DNA of 38,606 bases from Catajapyx aquilonaris. Lineage: Eukaryota. The notes under the pieces were generated by a model. That model had not been told where the DNA came from. It saw nothing but the letters and a program-made list of their open reading frames with translations, and did no database searches. Positions 10,501-20,179 of this stretch are shown piece by piece; the stretch's first letter is position 1, and each line of letters opens with the position of its first letter. The stretch covers positions 1 through 38,606 of the forward strand of contig JYFJ02003714.1 of the NCBI GenBank assembly GCA_000934665.2, given 5' to 3'. A program made the position numbers and the translations under genes.

Positions 10501-10904
10501 TGGGACGACATCAACAGCAAGTTGACATATTTCGAATTTCTGGTCGGGGGCAATGTCGGCAAGACACAGGATACTCCACTGCGTCTTCTCACGGGTCTGC
10601 TGCCGAGTCTCCTCCGATCAGAATCCGTGGACAACGGGTATTTATAGTCACATCTTGCATGGTGCTAAGCAATTTGTGTACTGCATATATCTGACCAATA
10701 TTCATGCAGGATGCAGGGCGCAGGTGGCAACAGCAGCCACCGCAGCAGCACCAGCAACAGCAAAGGAGAAGACACCGAGGAACCATGACAAACCAGAGGG
10801 ACCTGGTCCTTTCTTCTCGAAGGCTCCTGGCTGGCGGTGGGTCCGCGACTTCTTCGTCGCCTCGGGAAATGTCGTCTTCGGCGTTGGCTGACGAGAGAGT
10901 CTGA
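7509..10904 (+). CDS. TMEM26: Transmembrane protein 26 homolog with long low-complexity C-terminal tail (~618 aa)
   Basis: Exons 7509-7702, 8822-8978, 9038-9241, 9310-9540, 9630-10037, 10105-10415, 10481-10637, 10710-10904 (1857 nt, in frame). Motifs EWKW/[71 protein letters not shown] and FFTCKN match the TMEM26 family. The last three exons are less certain. Confidence 0.9.
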
Positions 10905-11963
10905 CAACGCCGGGCTGCCATTGGCGTCGTTTTCTTCCTATTCATTCTCATCTTTGCTCTCTGCATGCTCTTTATCTACGCCGGTATACAACCCATGGGA
11001 CTCGTCCTCCGGCATACGGTACTCACTAGGAACACCACCACTTTACCGTACGTTCAAATTCTATTTGCGTTATGCATGGTAATGAACAAATGAACTGCCC
11101 TGGCACGAGGTGATTTGTCACATCACAATAATTGGTCGCACTTTGCCTGGCACGTGTCGAAAGCGGCTGGCGTTCATTAAACTTCTAGAATAGGAGCTGC
11201 TCAAGTCAACATACGCTGTCGGTGCAACGTGGCTGAAAATTTTATTATTGAACCAGTCAACTCTTCACGCGTCAGTACTGTAAGCACAGTGTTTGCCCAC
11301 TTGGCACCTTTCAATCTTGGTAAGGCTATTTCCTGATCTGACGTGACACTGACGTGCTGGTATCCGGTGAAAGACACCTCTATCAGACAGGGGTATAGCG
11401 TGTAGCACGTGCATCGATTTCAACGATTGGAGCATGTCTTATCGGTGTCGATGTACTAATTATTATCTTCTTACTATTCCTTCTTCCAGAAAAGGAAACG
11501 TGAGCACTACGATCGAGCCAGTAGCAAACACCACCCTCATGGCCAATATGAGCAGCAGCAGCCCTTGAGCACAGCAGTCGACTGCGTCATCTCAGCGCAC
11601 AATGTTTCTTCTGCAATGCTTTTAATTTGAACTCACAGGCCACCCCTTTGTTTGTTTTCTCCCCAACGCATTTTCCAAGCCGATGGTAGCCCGCCTGACA
11701 TGAAAAGACAGCACAAAGCTTTCAGTGTATACTGTACCGTATGTTCGTTGTACAATATGTGATTATGCCACTGACCCCCCTCAGGGGGAGAAGGGTTCAT
11801 TTACCTACAGACATTAAATATGAACGAAAATTATGCCTTTTCTTATCGACAACATGTCTTTCCACATCTATATGTACCGTACACTAACTGACAGCCCCCT
11901 TTTCCCTGTATCTGATCCCTTTGTATTACACTGCATCATAATCATTTGCACCTGACGGTCGAC

Positions 11964-14352
11964 ATGTGCTTGAGAGTTATCCAACTAGCGGGCTTCCTAG
12001 TAACCGTTGAAGCCCGATTCAGCCTTCAGATGTTTCAGATGGCAGATTGTAATCCGACATTCGGATATATGATTCAGTCCTTCACGACCAGAGGCAGCTG
12101 CGTTGGTATTGTGTGTGCTGTGGATTTGCGGCCTAGATGTTGGTGTGTGGGTGACATATCGCGCTTCTTCTCCCACGCGTCTCCAGTGGTTACATTTGAC
12201 TCCAATAACATTCGAAGTGGAAGAGGGATTTGCCCAGTGCTGATTGCACCTGTGAGTGATCCTGCTGCTTTGGAAACATCAGTGTTGGTGGAGCGTGTCG
12301 GAGAGGAAGCTCGACAGTGCCAGAGAGTCGTGATGCTAACAAGTTCCGACGATGGACTGTCACACTTATTTATGAATCACGCAAGACATACCAGACTTTT
12401 GATTGCTGTTGCGAGCTCTTCATGTACCAATTCTGATGACAACCCAATATTTTGGATGTATTCTGGACAGAATGGACGACCCGTGGGGTACTGGTCACCT
12501 GACATTGGCTTGCAGATGGATGAAGATGGAGAATGGAGAGGAAGGATCGTGAAGGTGGGTTCCTTCCCTACACCGCCGTGGGTTGTGCGAGACGATGTTG
12601 ACGACATCGGTTATTCGACAGTTAACGGTGGTCTGTTTGGAAACTATCGTTGGAAAGGTCGGGATGTGACTCTTGTTCGTGAAGTGTCTGCATCTCTGGG
12701 TGCGGAAGTGGATCTTGTGGAGCCTCCCGATGGACTCCGTTGGGGTCGGCATTTGGCAAATGGCACCTGGACTGGTATCTTCGGCATGGTAAACCGCAGT
12801 GAAGTAGACATGGCTTGCGCCAATCTCTTCCTGACCTTGTTACACGGGCATGTAATGTCTCCGTCAAATTCGTATGCAAAAGACTATTATTGTTGGGCAG
12901 TCCCAATACCTAAAGAGTATGCGGCTTGGGAACAGCTTCTTCGGCCCTTTACGCCCCATTTGTGGGGTTTGATGGCTATGGCCATGGTTGTAACTGCAGT
13001 GGTTCTCTCGCGTGTAACATCTCTTTCACATGCTACTCATTTACTGGTCACATCTTTGCTGCAACAAAGCTGGAGTAATCCTCGGCGACTGAGGTGGCTG
13101 CTAACTTCATGGAGCTTCTTTGCAATGCTGATGATGACTGCATACAGAAGTTCCCTTGTCAGTCTGCTAGCTACTGGTGGTCATCCTCCACCAATTCAGA
13201 CTCTGAAGGAACTGTCTATGTCTGGATTGCAACTGCAAGGAGATTGGTTTGCACGAATGCTTCACCATGTGCCCTCCGAACCTGACCTGACCAGAATATA
13301 CGACAAAATGGTAGATGCTGAAGATGGTCCATTAGCCCTACAAGCTGTATCAGCTCGGAAAGCTGCTTTTTCAGGTAGTCTTTCATCTCTGTTGAACCAC
13401 CAACAAGAGGTGTACCGGGACAGTGGAAAGTCCTTAGTGTTCCACATTGCAAGGCAATGTGTAGCAGAATTTAACGTCGTCCTTTACACCCCTCATGGAT
13501 CATGCCTCCTGCCAAGGTGAGGACTTTTTTCTCATCTCGACACAGTTTACATAGAATTCAGAAACTCCTTGTATAGCAGGAAGTTTGTTTGTTTGTTCAG
13601 AAAATTCTAACCCACTTATAGACTATCTCGAGATTGGAGATTGTAGCTACCAGTATTACTGTACTGTGTACTATATCAGTCCACCAAGAATTGTCGTAGC
13701 AGCAGCGCACGAACTACAGTTACGAGCACTTCCGGGGGGAGAAGTCAATGGAGAAGTGCTCGTAGACTGTAGTTCGTGCGCTGCCGCTACGACAATTGGT
13801 GGACTGATAAGAGTGATAGTACATGCAAAATCGAAACTCAAGTTCTTTTCTTGGGTTTCAGGGCTGTAAAAATCAGGAGTTGATATGCACGAATTTCAAA
13901 CCCCTGGTTTTCACCACTCAGGAACCAGATAGGAAAATGACATTATTTTACTTTTGCTCGTAACACTAGCTACAATCTATACCAACATGACTGTGCAGTG
14001 ATGATATCAGTCCCGAAACAAATCCTTTCTTCCATGTGATATGCATTCTTGTCGCAGAGTGAACCAGAAAATAGGGAGATCTTTGGCTGCAGGATTGGTA
14101 CTCAAATGGCATGAGGATAGCTTAGAAGACAGAGCAGTAATAAGAAGAAGAAAGATGAGGGCTCCAGGCCGAAACCCAGGCGGGACTGGAGACAAGGCGG
14201 CGTTCAACCTGAACACCTTGAGTGGTGCTTTCCAGCTCCTCCTCTTTGGCTACTTCATTTCTTTGACTGTCCTACTACTTGAGTGCGGAAGAAAAAGATT
14301 TCAACTGCATCGACAACCTGAGTTGCCTATAGAACTCACTTTCAGACGCTGA
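11964..14352 (+). CDS. Divergent ionotropic receptor (IR, variant iGluR chemosensory family), ~615 aa
   Basis: Exons 11964-13516 and 14058-14352 (phase 2, GT-AG). S1 lobe FPTPPW...WGRHLANGTWTGIFGMVNRSEVDM, pre-M1 LLRPFTPHLW, pore LLQQS, M3 AYRSSLVSLL, S2 PIQTLKEL...AGLVLKW, and M4 LNTLSGAFQLLLFGYFISLTVLLLE. Confidence 0.88.
13674..13809. mobile_element. Palindromic 136-bp MITE/hairpin in the IR intron
   Basis: ~57-bp arms TATCAGTCCACCAA(GA)ATTGTCGTAGC...ACGAGCACTTC and GAAGTGCTCGT...ATTGGTGGACTGATA around a ~20-nt loop; TA at both ends. Confidence 0.65.
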
Positions 14353-14980
14353 AAATAATTCACTCCATTTGTAAATACATATCTTTATTTCTCACCTTCC
14401 AAGCGGTGCAAAAGGAATGACATAGCAAACATCTCAATAAACCTTCTTCTCTCAGTCAACAGTGTAAATTGTCATATTTGGCACCAATAAGTGCACATAA
14501 AGAGCACTCCATACATTTATTAAACTCTCTTTTCTCTATTTCTCATTTTTGTACAGCAACAGTTGATATGAACAGATGTGATTCAGTTACAGGAAAATGC
14601 AAGGTTAAACAAGTGATTGGTGCAATCAGTCTGCATTTATACTGTACTGATGACTAGGTTGTTAAGCTTCGGCCGTTTCTGGGTTCCCTTCTTTAGCCAC
14701 AGTTTTTCCCTTCCTTAAATTGGCAAGCTTAGAACAAATGGCTGCAACAGTATTGCCATGTTCTCACATCAACAATAACAAGAGCCAGGAAGATATAGAT
14801 TTGAAACAAAGCTCAATCCATTTAAAGCTAATCTTTGAAAAATTGATCCTCTGCAGGACTACCCTACACAATTTGAAAACCCAACTGTATTAAATGGAAG
14901 CTGCAACAATAACAACAGCAGAGACATATGAGCCTCATAAACTTGGTAGAAAAATCACAAATACCATTTATAAAGACGAG

Positions 14981-17900
14981 TTAAAAGCTGACCTTCCCTC
15001 GAACCTTGAAGAAACCAAGATCATTTGTGTTATGTATTAACGAGGTTAGGCCAACGTAGTTCTCGATGATTATGGGCCTGTGTTCAACCTGGAAAGAATG
15101 ATCCGACCCACCTGTCCTGTGCAGGTCATCCAAAGCTTGGGTCAACTCAATACCAAACACATCCACATCGTACAGCCGATTTGCTTCACCACCTACAAAA
15201 CAAGCAATCATGTAAAATATTATGGCTTTACATGCCAAAAATTACCTCTGTAATTGCTCACCTTTGCACCAAAGTAATGGATGAGATGCAAAAGTGACCC
15301 AAGGAATATTCTTGCTGAATGGATTCCACCTCTGGCGGAAACTCAACCGCTCGCCTTTGTTCCACATTGCTCTCACACCATTCACATTGCGAGACCTGAC
15401 ATAAAAATATTCCCATTAATAACCATCAAAACACTGCAGCACAACAAACATGCACATAACAATGCAAAATAATACATCCCAGCATTAAAATAAAACTATT
15501 CAGTGCCACTATAAGCCATGCCAACAATGAGTATTGTTGGAAATGAAACCTGGGTTCAAAGTTGTGGTAGGTGAAGTAAGAGAGAATGGGTTCTCGGGAG
15601 AGTTCCTGCGACTGCTGCAGGTGCAACAGTTGTGTTGGGGAATTGGTTGATTGTGAGTAGGTGAGTAGGTTTGAGTGATTCTTGTCTGGGATGTCATCTG
15701 TGGTCTTGCTGGACCCAGGGGCAGCCCTGAAGCGATTCCCCTTGGTCACACTGGCCACGCTCGTCACTGTGTCTTGCACACGTCGGACTAGGCAGTCCCG
15801 TACCACTGTTGCCAACCCACCAGCTATGCCATTCAAACGCCTGGCACCATTGCCACAAAATAACACTCAGATCTCAGTAGCAATAGTATAAACTATGTAA
15901 CAACACATAAATGTGGAGGATGTGACGCTACGTACAAGAATTATTTCCTGCACAATATCTAAGAGTCTCACTATAATTATATCTATGGATTATTTAAAAT
16001 GCATGCTGACATTATCTCAAGCAACAAGCATTATCAAAATTTCTAGGATTCCAACATCCAAAACACCAATCAGCTTCCATATATTTCCATTAATTCTTCA
16101 TTGCAGTAAAATCAGTACACACTAATGTTCATATGCAAAAGAATAAAATTTTTCTTCATTATTAGAACTGTAGTGGGGCCAAATTTGTATGCAGAAATAG
16201 GTTATTGACAGTGAGGAAATCAATATTGCTGTCAAAAATGTGCAAAAATGAGAATATTTGAGAGAATTGATAGGGCAGCAGTACCCTCTCGGTGAATTAC
16301 ATAATCTCATGTAGATTTCGTCTTGAGTTCATATTATTATCAGGGGTTTACTGTAATTACACTCCACTTCCTCCTTCAACAGTGTGGACTGAATTAAATT
16401 TTACTATGTCTAATTTTTATCCTATGTTTAAATTAATTCCTATTCTTCATTCTTGGAAGTGAACGGTGACAAATGCTGACACAAGCAACAGTTAACTCTT
16501 GAAAAAAAGCCAGCTTGCCAGTTTACTACTGTAGTATGAGAATAAATTATCAACATCTCCAGTATACAACAGAGTATAAAATGCATCTTCATTAATATTA
16601 AAGACTCAATAAACACTACTATAATTATTATCATGTACCACTTACGGCACAAGAGAAGCTTCTGGATATGTGAGCTCTCCTTGAACAATTTGATCCAAGG
16701 ACTTCAGTGGAATGGTCTTTGTTTCCAAACTCCGCAGTGCAATAAAATCATACTTGACCACAAACAGGGTCACATCACCTAGTAGCACCAAACGCTCCTT
16801 CTCATGATCCCAGTGGTCGATCTCAGTCAACAGCCATGCACCCCTAATGCTTCGATCAGTGGGAGGAACCTCTTCCTCTGCAGGTGAAGTGGGAGCCAGC
16901 AAATGACTGCTTACTTCCTGAATGGCAGACTGCACCAGTTGATCACGGTAGGTGAAAAATTCCCTTGCATCATTCTCATTTGCTGGGGGCATTGGTGACT
17001 GGGCTCGTCTGGACCTGTGGAGAAGGGCACATGGCAAGTTGTATGTATGTTATTATTCACTTACTAGCAGGTTACCCGGCATTGCCCGGGTATGTTGGGA
17101 TGCTGTTAAAGGTACGGGTATATTTTAGGAAGTTTGTTTGTTTGTAAAATTTGCGTTCCGTACACTGGAACTCGATACACCTTAAAATAAGGCCAAGTTA
17201 CAATAAGCCAAAGTTTGTCACTATCTGTGATAGATTGCCTGCTTTGGTTATAGCGTAGTCAATTCTGAATGGATGATTGTGTAAAAAGAGGAATGGGGAT
17301 GGAGTTGTCCCAGGAAAAGACTGCACAGCCATGTTTTTTTCCCCAGAATATTTGATTCCATGCCCCCTCAACCCCACCTCACACCCCCACCTCGTTCCAA
17401 CTGTTTGCCCTGAAGAACTTGAGAAATGTACATGCAGATGCCTGGTGGGAAATTTTGCTTTCAACACTGCGCATTTTAATAAAAAAATCAATTTTTTTGT
17501 ATTTATTTGTGTCGGGAAGTCTAATTTCAAATCTACAAAATCCGAGAATGACCATACCATATGAAATCACGTGAGGTGGCCAATTAGCGTAACTGGCGGA
17601 TGAGTTGAATAATTTATGGCGATGGGACTTGTAAAAAAAAAGAGCCGCAAGATATATAGATGCAATGCAAATGCATTACTTTGATAGGTATTGTTGCATA
17701 AGGGCATTTCCATGGGATTGCGAACTTGGGAAAAGATGAATTATTGTTGTTGTTGCTATAGAAGTTGATGTAATTATGTTAAGTAGGGAGAAGATTCGGG
17801 AATATGCGTGTTGTGGGAGTTAGGTTCATTTTTGGAAGCTGAAACATGCGGCGTTAGATTCCCTGGAAAATGTCACCCCCGATATGCTAATTTAAGGCGG

Positions 17901-19996
17901 TGTAGGGGCCTTCCCCTGGATTTCTATAAGGGACAAACATCCAAACTCACAAACTGACAAACTAACTAAAATATAAATACAGATTCTTTATGGATTTTGA
18001 TAATGGAATGAACTGAGAGGATCCCAAGAAAACCTATTCAAAGGAGTGAGATAACCCAACAAAATTATTCCCAGACAAGAATATGTTCTGCCAACCTGGG
18101 AAACAACCCTCAGAAACGCCGAGGCGGAAAACCTGGACCTAAGCCACTATACCACCATGCCACCTAAATAGTTTCCTAAGTTAAGTATCACAAATATTAA
18201 TAATAATCATGAATAAAATAACTCTTCAGAATTTTACAGTGAACTAAAGCAGGTGAGCATCATTTAGTATGTAGTGGTTTCCTTCGTTTGGCTATATTAC
18301 AACTTTCCCAGTGATCACTTAGCTGATTATGCAATACAAATACCTTTCCATATATTGCAATAAGCTGAAAGCCCGAGATAATCCACACCATGTAATTAAA
18401 AGCTTCTGCATAATCAAGGTCATTTTGTATGCCATGCATGCTGCCTTCCCAACTCCTTTGGAGGCCTGTCAGTTAAAACTAATACATTGTGTTATAGGTT
18501 CTTCAGAGCTCACAGAAAAAAATAAATCGAAATTCGGACTTTTTATTTAGTTAAATTAGCATTTTACTATTGACAACTGCATTACAAAACACTAATTTTT
18601 AACCAGTACAGTTTCGGTTTAATCAATAACAAAAATTCAGGTGTCTTATTTGGTTTCACACATAAGAATTCATTAGAAATTGCACAATTTGTGTGTTATA
18701 GGTCAAATTAATCAGGTTTGTAGGCCTACTCTAAATAACATTTTACCACATAATTATGTATGCTGAATAAATTTTATCAAAGTCTTTAAATAATCATTGC
18801 AACATTTACCTGACTACTAATTGGTACAACAAAATGGTATAAGGGAAACCTACTCCTTGCACCACATCCCCTAAACATATTGCCATAGCAGCTTTATCAC
18901 AATGATTATTATCATCCTTTGTCATAGCAGTGATATTTTATACCAGTTCTCTGTTTCATGCAGATAGTCAATAGCCTATTCACAAATGTGACACTTTATC
19001 CCTCCAAGTGGCACATTGGCAAACTACAGCATTACCCTCCAATCAGCCTACGATCTGTTTATCATCGGAAAACAATGCAGTGCAGTATAATTATCTTCTG
19101 CAAGGCAACCATGAAAGTACATCTGTTAAAACAGTATGTGTGTATGGAATCATAAGATGCAGGTGTTGAACCAGTTGGCAACCAAATCGAACGCTGAATG
19201 GCTTCTTTATAAATATTCTGCCACTCTTACTCAGGCTAGCAGTAACGGCTGTGAAATAATCCCAAGAAAACCATGACATATAGCAGGGGTTGAATCTTCA
19301 TTGTTTTGCACTCCAAACTTTCAACAGGAGTGCAGGTTACTTTCTTGGAGTGCTTAATTTTTAATTACTGGGTTTAGCCATGTTTCACAGAAGGGCCAAA
19401 TGGGGTGCAAGCTTTGCAATCTAAGGCCCACTTTGGAGTGCAAATTGCACCTTTGCACCCGAATATTTCGACCCCTGTAAAAATCACCAGCTTATGCAAA
19501 TTCTTGTTTTAATTAATAAGCTCTCCCATTGTGCTCTTATCATAAAGCCCTGCACCTGACAGTGCATATACTGGGGCTGATTTCAGCCGCAGTGCCCCTC
19601 AAGTGAACCTGCACATGGGTATACAGACCTGCGTCGTTGCTCCTTCCCCGTTGGAGTTGAGGGCAGAGATGTAGTGGTCCCAAGAGGCGACACCGCATCC
19701 TGCCCTGCTGACACTGCCGGCCTGAGCGCCCCAGGTCCATCCTTGAACTGATGGAGCGTGACATCCACCGCTTCGGACAGGGGCAGCCTGGCGTAGTCCC
19801 CTGGAGTGCTGGGACTCCTGCTGGTCATCCCAGAGGCGTCCCCGCCCCTGCCCGTGATCTGCAGGGTGGCCCCCCTGAACAGCTCGTAGTCGTCCGTCGG
19901 GGGCGGCTCCTCCAGCGAGGCCTCCTCGTCCCCATAGGGACTCCTCGCAGGGCTGGGTGGCACCCCGAGAGTCTGTCCTCCGCCCTCCACCGACAT
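14981..19996 (-). CDS. TPRG1L: Tumor protein p63-regulated gene 1-like (TPRG1L/FAM79/mover family, hSac2 domain), ~457 aa
   Basis: Exons 19996-19629, 17014-16646, 15840-15550, 15395-15262, 15192-14981 (1374 nt, in frame). Motifs GAWLLTEIDHWDHEKERLVLL...VKYDFI, RWNPFSKNIPWVTFASHP and the C-terminal IENYVGLTSLIHN...GFFKVRGKVSF are characteristic. Confidence 0.9.
17064..17983 (-). mobile_element. Non-autonomous Helitron, long copy (~920 bp), in TPRG1L intron 1
   Basis: On the minus strand: A|TC 5' start, GTTT/GTCA microsatellite-like tract, subterminal hairpin ACCCGGGCAATGCCGGGT, and 3' CTAG|T. The 5' ~190 bp and 3' ~33 bp match 37923-38236. Confidence 0.85.
18030..18161 (-). mobile_element. 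Possible tRNA-derived SINE head (degenerate)
   Basis: Minus strand starts GGCATGGTGGTATAGTGG (Pol III A-box-like), followed ~35 nt later by GGTTGTTTCCC (degenerate B-box). No intact cloverleaf; 3' boundary approximate. Confidence 0.4.
19284..19477. mobile_element. Short hAT-like MITE in TPRG1L intron 1
   Basis: TIRs CAGGGGTTGAA / TTCGACCCCTG; internal repeated TGCACTCC/GGAGTGCA motifs. No clear 8-bp TSD. Confidence 0.5.
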
Positions 19997-20179
19997 TATA
20001 TTGTGTGTCCCTCACTCCCTGCCTGCCTGCCTGCGTATCTCTCTGTCAGATGACCCGTCGACTCACACGGCCGCCATCTTGGTGCAGGTCTCTGTTCGGA
20101 TGGCTGTGGGTTCGGGAAGCAGCAGCAGCAGCGCCTCCAAGCGGAACGCCTCGAGGGTTGCATAAGCGGCAGATCAAAG
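19997..20179. promoter_or_regulatory. Bidirectional promoter/5'UTR region between TPRG1L and SARNP
   Basis: Only 183 bp separate the divergent ATGs. The segment is CpG-rich and contains GCCGCCATCTT (YY1-like; plus strand ~20070-20080) and AAGATGGCCG at the SARNP start. Confidence 0.65.

Noticed and set aside
18090..18161. Functional tRNA gene
   Set aside because: An A-box is present but the B-box is degenerate and there is no consistent cloverleaf; kept only as a possible SINE head.
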